This document shows, one piece after another, positions 10,675-23,796 of a DNA stretch of 41,541 nt. The number at the start of each line of letters is the position of its first letter. Within the stretch, counting starts at the first letter, position 1. The position numbers were made by a program, and so were the translations under genes. Origin of the DNA: Octopus bimaculoides (lineage: Eukaryota); assembly GCF_001194135.2 (NCBI RefSeq), contig NC_068993.1:13205066-13246606 (forward strand). The letters are read 5' to 3'. The notes under the pieces were generated by a model that made no database searches, had not been told where the DNA came from, and worked only from the letters and a program-made list of their open reading frames with translations.

Positions 10675-11296
10675 GTTGCTTATGTTGCTATATGCTGCTT
10701 ATTTTGTAGGCCTTTGTTTTGTGTTTAGGTGTCTGTAATACGGTCATGTTTCTTTATATAGCTGTTAATAAACGGTCGTAGTAAACGGAATGTTTGTGTG
10801 TGCGTGAATATGTTTCTTTCAAAGAACGTGTATATGAACATGTGACGGTATACTCGTACTAATATTGCTATACATATATGCGTATAATAACTATGTGCAG
10901 TATATATCCACATATACTGACAGAGAATATATTCACTTATAAACACACACACACGCACAATATATTAGACGTGTGTATATTTATTTAAGTACAGAGATGG
11001 CTATATTAACTGAGCGTTCATAAACACACCTATGAAGTGTGTTGCGTGTGAGATGTGAAAGTTAATGATAGTCCTACATTGTCATGCTGTTTATTAAAGC
11101 CTACAATTCTCATTATTTATTTCTGAATACGTCATACTCTACACCGTGTCATTACGGCGCCTGCCACCTGTATGCAATGTGCCACAAATTTGATGATATG
11201 CCAAGGATCTATGCGCTATATCTGTCCGATTTATTGTGGCACAGTTTTGTTGGGGAAAGGCGTATTCTTTTATTCTTTATGCTGGTTTATAGCCGA

Positions 11297-11648
11297 GCGA
11301 ATCGACCCCAGGACTTAATTCTTAAGCCTCAGTACTAATTCCAACGTCCATTTTGCCGAACCGCTAAGTTACAGGGACGTGAACACACCAACACCGGTTG
11401 TGAAACGGTGATGGTGAGACAAGCAACCCTTCATCAGTTGTCGGCTGTCTACTCCTCATTTCAAGCACTGAACGACAATAGGAGTCTTCGAAGACAGTTG
11501 TTCCCATAAGTATCAAATCCACTCATAAGACTTTGGTCGACGCGAGACTACAGGATAAGACACTTACCCAAGTGCCACGCAGTGGAACTGAACCTGGAAG
11601 TATGCGGTTGGGAAGCAAGCTTCTTACCACACAGCCACGCCTGCGCCT
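11297..11648 (-). mobile_element. SINE family C with a foreign insert in the linker
   Basis: AATCGACCCCAGGAC...GCCGAACCGCTAAGTTAC and CAAATCCACTCA...CCACACAGCCACGCCTGCGCC are the reverse complement of the 7163 copy. About 54 bp of unique sequence (11423-11476) replaces the microsatellite linker. Confidence 0.9.
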
Positions 11649-12104
11649 ACATGATGAAAACATCTAACTGCCTTGTTTCTTCAGTCTCAGCTTTGAAGAA
11701 CAAGTACGAACCTTCGTACGATTATCTTTAAGAATGAATCACACTCCATACTACGCATCACTTAGACATTTTTTACCTCTTTTTTGATGACATTTGGAAG
11801 TTATCTTAGACAGAAATTTTTGCAAAGTGTTAGCCTCCTTTGTGTTATATCGCTGCCAAATTTAAGTTTTTTGAATGGATAGGTCTCACAACTAAAGAAA
11901 ATAATGTCATTTTTAAAAACAGATAATTTTCCTATCCAAGATCTTCGAAGACACTTTCATAGTTTACAAAATACCTCTATTTCCTGAATAATCCAGAAAA
12001 AGTAAATATTTTCATTTGATGGGTGCTGTTTGGGTCTCACGTGAATTCGCTACTACTACTACTACCGCCACTACCACCACCAATAATAGCAATAATGACG
12101 ATAG

Positions 12105-12105
<1 letters not shown>

Positions 12106-12140
<35 letters not shown>

Positions 12141-12345
12141 CCTTTCTACTGTAGACACAAGGTCTGAAATTTTGAGGAGGGAGTAAGTCGATTATATTGA
12201 CCCCACTACACAACTAGTAGTTATGTTATCGACCTCGAAAGGATGAAAGGCAAAATGTCAACCTCGCTGGAATTTGAACTCAGAATGTAAACCCGGACGA
12301 AATAGCACTAAACATCTCGCTTGGCGTACCAAAGATTTTGATAGG
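12106..12345 (-). mobile_element. SINE family A with (AAT)n tail
   Basis: CCTTTCTACTGTAGACACAAGG...TTATCGACCTCGAAAGGATGAAAGGCAAA...GGAATTTGAACTCAG is the reverse complement of the 16517 copy. Confidence 0.85.
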
Positions 12346-12732
12346 ATTTTTTTTTACCATTGTTGTTATCAGTATTCCACAAATACAGCGAAAATATATT
12401 CAGGCAAAATTCAGTTAGGGGTCTCTCAGATTACATATAATGGAAATATATGCAGTTCAATGTTTACTTCTTGGAAATTTCGAAATTTCATTTCTTATAT
12501 TCGGATTCTTCTGTGGTATAGTTTACACTGAAAAAAGAGAGAAAAACATCTTCTTTTTTTCGTTTGCATTTTATATTTTCGCATTTTACGCTATAACGTG
12601 ATTCTAAGAAACATAATTCTTTCAGCAAAGAAATACAATTCTTTCCATTTTCCTTTCTCTTTTTGCTTGTCCATGAAGGCCTTATATACGCGTAGGCTGT
12701 TATAAGCATAGAAATATTTTCATGTATGAAGG

Positions 12733-12780
<48 letters not shown>

Positions 12781-13176
12781 NNNNNNNNNNNNNNNNNNNN
12801 NNNNNNNNNNNNNNNNNNNNNNNNNNNNNNNNNNNNNNNNNNNNNNNNNNNNNNNNNNNNNNNNNNNNNNNNNNNNNNNNNNNNNNNNNNNNNNNNNNNN
12901 NNNNNNNNNNNNNNNNNNNNNNNNNNNNNNNNNNNNNNNNNNNNNNNNNNNNNNNNNNNNNNNNNNNNNNNNNNNNNNNNNNNNNNNNNNNNNNNNNNNN
13001 NNNNNNNNNNNNNNNNNNNNNNNNNNNNNNNNNNNNNNNNNNNNNNNNNNNNNNNNNNNNNNNNNNNNNNNNNNNNNNNNNNNNNNNNNNNNNNNNNNNN
13101 NNNNNNNNNNNNNNNNNNNNNNNNNNNNNNNNNNNNNNNNNNNNNNNNNNNNNNNNNNNNNNNNNNNNNNNNNNNN
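12781..13176. other. Assembly gap
   Basis: N run flanked by (TA)n. Confidence 1.
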
Positions 13177-15087
13177 ATATATATATATATATATATTCCT
13201 TTATATCTATGTGTATTCCCTTGTATTTGATTTGCATTTTCTCTCCCCCCCCCCATCACTCTCTCTGTATCCCATAGATTATGAATATACACACATAGGC
13301 ACACACACAAACACACAAGCACACACGGACGTACACACAGATAAGTCTTGGATAGTTGGAAAGATAGGTAGATAGATATAAATACATCCATTTTCTAGCT
13401 TGCATTATGTGTGTGTATGTGTGCGCGCGCGTGTGTGTGTGTGTGTGTGTGTGTGTACACGCGCCCGCGCACTCTGGCATATTCACACACAGAGAAAGCT
13501 ATACCTGTGTGCGTGAGAGTGAAGAAAGAGAGAAAGAAAAAGAAAGTAAAATGAGCGATTCATATTTGCTCAAATCTGATATTATATTTATTTATTTTCC
13601 TTTCTACATTATTCCCATTAAATTCAACATGGCCATTTCTTTACATAAATAAAACGTAAATTCTATAAAGTTGAACCTCCTTATCATTATTTTGAGGCTG
13701 TCACTTGTGTTTAATATGGAATCGTCAAACTGGCGTATTAAAATAGAAATTTAGGTCATTGCTGTGGAAAAATAATACTAGACATTACAATATTATTAGT
13801 ATTATTATTGTAATTATTATTAATATATATTTCCAAATACTACTACAAATACTACGAATACTTAATATTAATAATAATAATAATAATAATGATGATGATA
13901 ATAACAATAATAATAATAATAGTATAAAATAAATGTAAAATCTTCAAAACAAAATGGCGTACATTCTTATAATAACCCTTTGCCCTCTTTCTAGAAAACT
14001 ATAATAATTCATTATAATTGGCATTTGACCGACAGCATACACTTTTAACGAGAGCTTTTCTACATGTCTGTGTGTCTACTTAGCTTATCCTAGCTCATTT
14101 CTTCTGAAGCATACACATTGCCATAACAATATTTTGTGTTCTTTTATATCACTACTTCGTTAAAGACTTCAATTTCTTCTTAATGAACTCGTATGAGAAA
14201 CCACCCCAGAGTCAAGAATAAATAAAACAACTACACAAGAACACAGGCAAATGGATAAATAAATAAAAAGAACAACAATAACAACAGCTATACATCACAT
14301 TTATAGAATGACGTGGCACAGTACATATCGCATAATATATGTTTTTGTTTTTTTAAATTCAATATACTTTTTCCTTTACTTCGCGTCTTCTTTCTCTATT
14401 ACGCCTCTCTATGTATTTCTCTCTTTCTCTCTCTCTCCCTCCCTCTGTGTGTGTGTATGTATGTGTGTTTATGCATGCTTACTGTTTGACTAGACTCTTT
14501 CTATACACAGCTTTCTCCAGCTCTCACTATACTCACAAACACAAAGATATTTTCTCTCTTCCTCCCCTTCTTTTTCTCTCTTTCTCCCCCCTCCCCCCCA
14601 AACACACAAACCTGTACACGTTATCTATAAGGAGTCGAATCTTTGCAAATGCTTACAGAAATCGACAGTATAAATCTTGGAATAAACATTTGGAGCGTAT
14701 CAGATTCTAATAAATAATACATTACTCTGTTTGTTGTATCGAATGCTTGCTTCCTGTTGCTTGCATGCACAAATATGTGTGACGTGTTTGCTACGAAAGC
14801 ATGTAAATTCAGTATCAGTCTAATTGCTTGGCATATTGGTTATTTCGGTTCTATAATAACCACGGCCTTACGAATATACTGTGAATGAATGTGCCACGAA
14901 GTAACAATACAAAACAATGGCCCATCTTGTATACACGCACGCACACACACACCTACACACACATACACAAGCACACACTAGCATATTGTTTTATTAAATG
15001 TTATAAATTTTAAGCAATTTGAATAACAAAAGAATACCTGAAGAAGAGTCAAGTAATTCAAGTTTATTATACATATTATGTTTGACT

Positions 15088-15420
15088 TAGGTATAGACAC
15101 GCTTGGTTTATTGGTTAGGGCATTCACCTCATGATCATAAGATTGTGAGTTCGATACCAGTCAATACGTTGTGTCCTTGAGCAAAACACTTTATTTCATG
15201 TTGCTCCAGTCTACTCAGCGGGCCAAAATGAACAGTACCTGTATTCTAAAGGGCAAGACTTGTCACATCCTTTGTCAAGTTGAATATTCCTGAGAAATAC
15301 TTCAGTTTACACGTGACTGAGGAGTGGTCAGCTACTTGCACTTTCATTTCACGAGCAGGCAGTTGAGTTGATTGGATCAACTGGAACATTCGTCGTTGTA
15401 ACCGACGGAATGCCAGTAAA
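15088..15420 (+). mobile_element. tRNA-derived SINE (family D)
   Basis: TGGTTTATTGGTTAGGGC A-box-like, GAGTTCGATACC B-box (15147-15158), then GTTGTGTCCTTGAGCAAAACACTT and a body of about 250 bp. Confidence 0.75.
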
Positions 15421-16399
15421 GTAAGCAATATACGAACAACACTGTATTTACATACATATACATCATATATATATATATATATATACACGGTGTATGTAGA
15501 GGAGGTGTTGAAATAATTAGCTCACCATATAGTCATTTTAGGACCATATGCTTGAGATAATTGAGCAAGCGAAATGCTCATCGTCGAAAGTGGCGAAGCA
15601 TTAATTTATAGTTTATTTGTGTATATAAAACTCTCATAAATTATTTGCATATTTAAATATATTTACGTGTTTTTTCCGCTTGATAGAATTTTATAGCTAA
15701 GTAATTTCCATATAAATTTCTGAAAAATTGACTTTTTCATGTAAAAAGACATATTCAACAATTAATAACTATAAGTAAAATGTACACACATGTATATACC
15801 TCTACACAGCCAAACATATTCTACGATACACTTCATGCGTACACATTAAAACATATTTTGAAATAAGGAAGATATACTTTGTACATCATACAAAGATGCA
15901 CACACATTTAGACTCACACATCCACACAAGCGCACATCCACTTACACTCAGGCACACATATTTCTGTGTATGTGTATGCATATGTTTCACTGAAATTTTG
16001 TCTTGGCAGTGAAGGTAGGTATCAATGTATATAATAAAGAGAATATTGATTTTAAGTATCTTGAAGAGAATAAATATGAAATATTAAAAAGTAATTCATT
16101 ACAACAGAAACCCATGTAAAAACATATATAATCCTACAGGCACATTCTCATACACAATCACACACTAACCCACTGTTAACACACACGCTCAAGAATTATG
16201 CACGTGTGCGTCGTATGTATGTATGTATGTATGTCTATAAACCACACACACACACAAAATCACTGGACAGAATTACGTATAAAACTTGCTGCAATTTTGC
16301 TAACTGCTTGAATGATATTCTCCATATTTTAGTTAATATGCAATAGAAGAACAGTGTGAGAAATAATATAAATATAAATATACACATACATATATACAT

Positions 16400-16442
<43 letters not shown>

Positions 16443-16516
16443 CTCGCATTTTGTCCCTCAGTTGCATATTAACTAAAGTATGAAAAATATCATATACAGA
16501 GCTATTATTATTATTA

Positions 16517-16835
16517 AGGCGGCGAGCTGCGCAGAAACCTTAGCACGGCGGACGAAATGCTTAGCAGTATTTCGTCTGTCTTTACGTTCTGTCTTCAAAT
16601 TCCCCCGAGGTCGACTTTGCCTTTCATCCTTTCGGTGTCGATAAATTAAGTACCAGTTGCGTACTGGTGTCGATCTAATCGACTAGCTCCCTCCTCAAAA
16701 ATTCCGTGCCTTGTGCCTAGAGTAGAAAAGGATAAATTAAGTACCAGTGAAACAGTGTGGTCCATGTAATCGATTTATCCCCCTCCCCTCAATTTTCAAG
16801 CCCTGTGCCTACATTGGAAAGGATTATTATTACTA
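16517..16835 (+). mobile_element. SINE family A with duplicated 3' module
   Basis: AAGGCGGCGAGCTG...TTCAAATTCCCCCGAGGTCGACTTTGCCTTTCATCC; GATAAATTAAGTACCAGT starts at both 16640 and 16731; (ATT)n tail. Confidence 0.9.
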
Positions 16836-17331
16836 TTATTGCTATAAATCTCTCGTTATGGAAATTACTGAAAGATTGAAATGGTGGACAAAAAACGAAA
16901 ACAAGGAAAAGACATAATTCTAGTGTTTACAAGTAAAAAAAAAATATATTAAAAAGGCCATATATTACAGAATATATAAAAGTATAACAAAAAATTATTG
17001 GAGAAATAAATACCATAAACTATCATATATGCCATGATCAACATGGCCAATGTCCTCCTTCTCCACCTCCTCTTTCTCTACATCCTATTTCTCCCCCTCC
17101 TCCTCCACATCATCATCAGTAGCAGCAGCATCATTATCGTACCATACTGCTCTACAATAGCAACGGCATTAACATATAGAAATAACTGCAACGAAAACGA
17201 CAACAATAATGATAATAATAAAGAAATATTGAGAACAAGAAAAAAAAAATTTATAAGATGCAAGTAAACAAACATGAATTGATGGTAAATTGTATAAATA
17301 CCTACGTAGACATTATTGGATAGTCAGACGG

Positions 17332-17345
17332 CCGGAAGCGGAAGT
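17332..17345 (+). promoter_or_regulatory. Tandem ETS-type motif CCGGAAGCGGAAGT
   Basis: Two overlapping or adjacent CGGAAG cores in a very AT-rich context. Motif match only. Confidence 0.25.
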
Positions 17346-17422
17346 AAGCATAGAATGATTTTACTGTAAAGCGATATCGATTACGACATTTTATTTCATT
17401 TTATTTATATTTATGTATTATG

Positions 17423-17468
<46 letters not shown>

Positions 17469-18720
17469 TATGAGAACTGAATGAAGAGAATGGGAATAAT
17501 AATGATGGTGATGATGATGATGACGAAAGAAAATACGATCAGAGAAAAGAAGAGGGAAGGAAAAAGGGACAGAATTAGAGAATCAGAGAAAGAGAGAGTA
17601 TGAGTTTCTTTGTATGCGTGTGTAGCTGTGTGTGTGCGCGAGCGTGTATGTTTGTTTGCGTATGTGTTATGCATAGCATTCAATATTGAAATACTTATAT
17701 ATACTTCTATAATGGCTTCCAGGGGCATATAAACATACATACATACATACATACATTTAGGTATACATATGTGTATGAATGTATGTGTGTTTGTATATAT
17801 GTATGTATGTATGTGTGTATGTTATGCATGTATGTATGTATGTATGTATGCATGTATGTATGTATATACGTGCATCTTTCCTATTCTCTGTCCTGTTTCT
17901 CACTCACTCTCCAAACCTGTCCCCTTTTCCTTCCGTCTTTTTTTCTCTGATCGTATTTTCTTTCGTCATGTGTGTATATGAGTGTGCGTGTGCGAACCTG
18001 TGTGTGTGTGTGTAGGTATATGGCTATACTATACACGGTATAAGCACGGGAAATAATCATAAAGATTAAATCTCAATATATTAAATGGCTTTAAACATCG
18101 AAATTTCACATGTTAAATTTATTTCCCTGTACACTGTCCATATAGCGTGGAATAGGCTATAACTGATGAAGAGGACAAAACACATTTAAAAAATAAAAGC
18201 AGATGATATCTATGATATTGTCCTCTTTCATTATATTATCAAAACTTTTTTTGAAATATGTTATTTCAAAATATTTTTCATAATGTGATTCTTAATTGTA
18301 ATTATATAATTATGCAAGTGTGGTTATTTCAGTGATGATACGTAGGAGTTTCTGGTGAAGGATATGAATATTCGAAATATCCCTGATATAAACTCATGTT
18401 ATTCTTTTAATATGTATATACACAACTACATACGCCGAAGTCCAGTTACATCGGTATAATCTTTGTGACACTTAAGCCATTGCATATCAAAATGTTTCGT
18501 GATAATCATAAACAGTGATGGCTCTGGGATGGCCAACATTCTTGGAAGCAATTACTGAGTGCAGTGAATGATGCGAAAATTCAGAGGAGGTGAACGAGGA
18601 TTTCAGGTGTACCTTATCCGAGCAAATTAGCTATGAGGCGCAGAGAGAAATTTAGTAGTTGCAAAAGAGCTATCGCGGCTCTCTGTTTTTACATACACAC
18701 ACATTTTCTCTCTCTCTCTC

Positions 18721-18755
<35 letters not shown>

Positions 18756-18765
18756 NNNNNNNNNN
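18756..18765. other. Assembly gap (10 N)
   Basis: N run inside (TA)n. Confidence 1.
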
Positions 18766-18800
<35 letters not shown>

Positions 18801-19256
18801 TACATATCTATATGTATACACACACACATACATATATATATATATATCATCCACCTGTTGAAAGGTGCACTAGTTTTTTTAGTAAGACTTTAAAACACGT
18901 TGTTTAAAAAAAAAATATCAAGAATTTCAAACCAAATAATAACGACATGATATCTTTTCATACACACCTGTTAACATACACCACCACATGATCTCCGGCA
19001 TTATCCGAAAATCACCGACACAGGCGAATAGGCCGTGCACAAATACATAGGCATATATTCTTGCTGTTTTTCTTTCATGTTTCCATTCAAGGATTGCCCA
19101 TCGATTTTTCTATTGTTATAGATCTTCATATTTGAATGTGATTTCTCACGTACGTGTGTTTATATATACGTGTATGTTTGTGTGTATGAGAGAGAGGAAG
19201 AGAGATTGAGGATACTTATGTATATATGTGTATGCATAGGATTATACACCTATACG

Positions 19257-19310
<54 letters not shown>

Positions 19311-19391
19311 CTCATATTTATATTTACCTGTAGGTATATTTTAATATGCAAACATATATACGTAAGAGCATACACATACAAACATATATAT

Positions 19392-20004
19392 NNNNNNNNN
19401 NNNNNNNNNNNNNNNNNNNNNNNNNNNNNNNNNNNNNNNNNNNNNNNNNNNNNNNNNNNNNNNNNNNNNNNNNNNNNNNNNNNNNNNNNNNNNNNNNNNN
19501 NNNNNNNNNNNNNNNNNNNNNNNNNNNNNNNNNNNNNNNNNNNNNNNNNNNNNNNNNNNNNNNNNNNNNNNNNNNNNNNNNNNNNNNNNNNNNNNNNNNN
19601 NNNNNNNNNNNNNNNNNNNNNNNNNNNNNNNNNNNNNNNNNNNNNNNNNNNNNNNNNNNNNNNNNNNNNNNNNNNNNNNNNNNNNNNNNNNNNNNNNNNN
19701 NNNNNNNNNNNNNNNNNNNNNNNNNNNNNNNNNNNNNNNNNNNNNNNNNNNNNNNNNNNNNNNNNNNNNNNNNNNNNNNNNNNNNNNNNNNNNNNNNNNN
19801 NNNNNNNNNNNNNNNNNNNNNNNNNNNNNNNNNNNNNNNNNNNNNNNNNNNNNNNNNNNNNNNNNNNNNNNNNNNNNNNNNNNNNNNNNNNNNNNNNNNN
19901 NNNNNNNNNNNNNNNNNNNNNNNNNNNNNNNNNNNNNNNNNNNNNNNNNNNNNNNNNNNNNNNNNNNNNNNNNNNNNNNNNNNNNNNNNNNNNNNNNNNN
20001 NNNN
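19392..20004. other. Assembly gap
   Basis: N run flanked by TA repeats. Confidence 1.
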
Positions 20005-20035
<31 letters not shown>

Positions 20036-20686
20036 TATAGGTGAGAAAGTTGGTATGTGAAAGCACGTGGTTGGATGTATAAAATATAAAAAAGAGTGAA
20101 AGTACTACAGAAGGCTTGTGTTATATGGTTAATATATATATTTAAATCGTTATGTTAGAAAAATGTTTTCAAATTTTGTGTATAGAAACATTGCTTTTGG
20201 AGAAATAACCGATTTCGTATTTTTTTTTTTCAAATTTCTCTACGTGTATCGTAACATGTCTTCACTACGGTGTAAAATATGGAGTTCTAGATAGGGGAAG
20301 GTAACCAGGGATTTTTTTCCCTCTGCCTCAAAAGTATACTACGGCAAGGTAAAGAAAAATAGGTTTACGCTCTGGGAAAAAGGAAGAAAAATCTTTAACG
20401 TTTCGAGTCTATGTTCTTCTAGAGAAAGGATAAACGGGAAGCGATAAAAATTAGAGAAAGAGAGAAAGGACAGTGCCTGAATTAAACGGTCAAAGCATTC
20501 AGAAATGACTGGAAGTAGAAATGCATGGTAAGGGAGGAAACAGTGACATTTCCTCAGCGTGTGCCCAAGCACGTGTGTTTATGACACTAATGCATGTGTA
20601 AGTGCGAACAAGCACGTGTATGTGTAAGAAGCAATGTTTATACTCTGTGTCTTTGTGCGTATGTGTACGTGTGTATACACAGACAT

Positions 20687-20725
<39 letters not shown>

Positions 20726-20731
20726 CATATA

Positions 20732-20897
20732 TACGACGGGCTTCTTTCAGTTTCTATCTACCAAACCCACTCACAAGGATTTGGTCGGCACGAGGCTATA
20801 GTGGAAGACACTTGCCCAAGGTGCCACGCAGAGTGACTGAACCCGGAACTATGTGGTTGGTAAGCAAGCTATTTAACCACACAGCCACTCCTGCGCC

Positions 20898-20898
<1 letters not shown>
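20732..20898 (-). mobile_element. SINE family C 5' half
   Basis: ATACGACGGGCTTCTTTCAGTTTC...GACACTTGCCCAAGGTGCCACGC...CCACACAGCCACTCCTGCGCC. Confidence 0.9.
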
Positions 20899-20957
<59 letters not shown>

Positions 20958-21489
20958 AAATCTAGACAAATACATATAATTAGAATAGTCTGTTTCTAAT
21001 AATGACAGTCTAATACAAAATTCATCTCCTACTATCAATTAATACTATATATACATATATATAATTTATGGAAAAACCAAAGACAAAGACAGGTGTATAA
21101 ACAACAAGCAGGTGTCTTAGTTTGACGCTCGGAGAAGTGAAAATGTATTTTACATATTAATCATGTAGATATATATTTACAACTTAAAGAACCACTCAAT
21201 TCATATTATTAATAGTTTCAAAGTCACTGAAATCATCTCCCAATGGTTATTCATGTGGCATCTGCTTGTTGCAATGCATCCATTTATAATTTTACTAATC
21301 CTAATCATAAACGTGGTAAGGGGAGACCACTTTCGAATAAGCTACGATATACTACATACTTGCATAAATATATTGTGTGCTTTTTCCTATGTGCGTCGTC
21401 CTTATATTTTCAAGAATGCTACGTTTCCAGTATTTCTGCTGCATCTCCTCTCATATTCTTTTTATTTCAGTTCTTCTATTACCATTTCT

Positions 21490-21840
21490 ACTCATTCTGC
21501 AACTCATAATTCTCTATTAGCTTACCTTGCGTTTTTCTTCTTCTCAAGCTTTTACTCTCACCACTCCCATTTCTTACGCTTTTTCTTCCACGTATTCACT
21601 TTCTTTTCCCTCCTGTTCTACTTCGCCCTCTTTCTTTCATGAAACCTCTCTCGAGCTTTCTTTTTTTTTTGTTTCTCTCTCTCTCTCTCCCTCTCATTCA
21701 ATCGCTCCCTCTTTTTCTCTCTCTCGTTCAATCTCTTTCACTCTCTCCTCACCATCTCTCTCAGTCTATTTCTCTTTCCCTCTCGGTCAGTCTCTTCCTC
21801 CATCTCCATATTCTTCACTTTCTTCGTCTCCTCCAGCTTC
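21490..21840. repeat. Long polypyrimidine (CT-rich) low-complexity tract
   Basis: About 350 bp, strongly C/T-rich on the + strand. Confidence 0.85.
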
Positions 21841-22303
21841 CGTATAAACTACAAACGACAATGTTACATGGAAAGCCTTTGGGAAGCGGAAATAATTAGT
21901 TGAAAGCAAAAAAGACAATCCATGACATTTACCTTTAATTTACAGACATTAAAGGCAAAATATATCGACATTATTTTCACTCATCACGTGAAACAGTTTT
22001 TGCTTCATCTGCGTTTTCTCCTACTTCAATTTTTTCTTTCTTATTTGATAAAAAAAAAAAAAATAATAATATTTAAATTTTTCTGGAAGTAATTCGTGTG
22101 TCCTAGTTTCTTCTCTTCATAAGAAAGACAAAACCAGGCAGCAGAGCGTAAAGAAGAAAAGATCCAAGAAGAACAAATCACAAGAAAAAATTGACAGGAA
22201 AATATTTTATGAAATTTTATATATAACACTCTATAAGCGCGCGCACACACACACACAAACACCGATATGTATGTATATATGTATACATATACGATGTTCT
22301 CTG

Positions 22304-22351
<48 letters not shown>

Positions 22352-22675
22352 GTGTGCGTGTGTGTGCGTGTGTGTGTGCATGCATGTATGCACAAACGTA
22401 TCACTTAATTTGCTTCTATATTCAGAAAATTTTTTTTTTCTCATATTTACTTCCACTGGAAAATGTCGACTGTGCATTTCTTCTTTTACTCCTTCGTCTT
22501 TTACTTCCTCTCCTTTTCCTCTGTTTCCTCCAGTTCCTTCTCCTCCTCTTCCACCATATGTTGCCTCTGCGTCTTTCGTTCAAATCTTGCTCTGGACAAG
22601 TACCAGTGAGATACTGAAATCAGTTTGATTATAGTCACTTTATAAACTCAGACATCAATATTGGTAATCTTACTA

Positions 22676-22880
22676 AGGCGGCGAATTGGTAGGTTTGTTA
22701 GCGCGCCTTTTTTCTGTCTTTACGTACTGAATTCCAAATTCACCGAGGTCGACTTTCCCTTCCACCCTTTCGGTGTCGATAACATACGTACCAGTTGACC
22801 TCTGGGGCCGATGTCATGAACTTAAGCCCTTTTCTAAAACCGCTGGTTTTGTGCCAACATTTGAAATGAATATTATTATA
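22676..22880 (+). mobile_element. SINE family A, diverged
   Basis: AAGGCGGCGAATTGG...CAAATTCACCGAGGTCGACTTTCCCTTCCACCCTTTCGGTGTCGATAA...TGTGCCAACATTTGAAATGAATATTATT. Confidence 0.8.
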
Positions 22881-23043
22881 CTTAATATATACAAAAGCGA
22901 TGATTTGTCAGAACTGATACAAAATAAGCTTAGAGACATATATGTGTTTATCACACTCCGTTACGGTCTGTCTTCGATTCCTGCCGGTGTAAATGTTTTC
23001 GTTTCTTTTATCCAGTAAATGTCGGTATAACATACGAAAGAAT

Positions 23044-23796
23044 TCATTGTAATTTCAAGGGTAGACTTTTTCGATATTTCCTTTTCTTGGAATGTGTGTC
23101 TTTGCGACTGCACTAGAAATACCTATTCCTATTATTGGGGCATCTAAGTGCGATTTGTTGACCAAAGGAGGGAAGAAAAACACTTCCTGGCAGGTTAAAT
23201 TTCAAATCACGTGGATATAAATTCTGCCTTTCATACTTCTGGTTTCGATTAATCGCCAGTAATGTATTACAGTTCATATATTCGATTGTTCCTTCTTCCC
23301 AATTTCTTGACATTCTTCATGTGTAATAAATTATAAATATTAGGCGGTTTATATAATGTTCTTGCCGGATCTTCATAGCAGGCAAGGTGACCAGGTGGTA
23401 GTGTCCCGCCTCTCTGCATGTATTCTTTATAATGGAATTGGGTAGCTGAGAGCATACAAAGCAATGGTTCCTTGTTTGATTTACTTCAACATATTCGCTT
23501 GGTGCACTCCTGTGAGCAACGAATTTTGAATCGCCTTCTTCATGAAAATCAGCGTAGGGATCAACGGCTGGAATATAGAAAGTAATTTCCTATCTATAAC
23601 TAACCTTTGAAATACATTTCGAGAAAAAATCATGATTAGCTTCAAAGAGGCAATTTGAGAATGATTTTCCTTCAAATGGCATGAGAATCATCAATGCCGA
23701 AAACCTTTCCGGTTTAGGAACACCGTGGGACTCGATGACACTCAACAGCCCAAGAACAAGAATGGAATGAGCAAACGCTGTTATTTCCGTGCACAT
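23044..23796 (-). pseudogene. Stop-poor reading frame of unknown origin (decayed coding sequence, LINE relic or signal-peptide exon)
   Basis: One frame of 251 codons with only three internal stops: TAG at 23592-23590, TGA at 23319-23317 and TAG at 23115-23113. Open segments are 68, 90, 67 and 22 aa. Confidence 0.35.

Noticed and set aside
18163-18185. Hammerhead-like CTGATGAAGAGG
   Set aside because: No stem II closure or GAAA downstream.
18518-18608. Selenoprotein-like C-S-E-TGA-C in a short frame
   Set aside because: No good acceptor, no family resemblance and no SECIS seen.
22420-22613. Minus-strand Arg/Lys-rich peptide YLTGTCPEQDLNERRRGNIWWKRRRR...
   Set aside because: Explained by GA-rich low complexity; another frame gives poly-Glu equally well.
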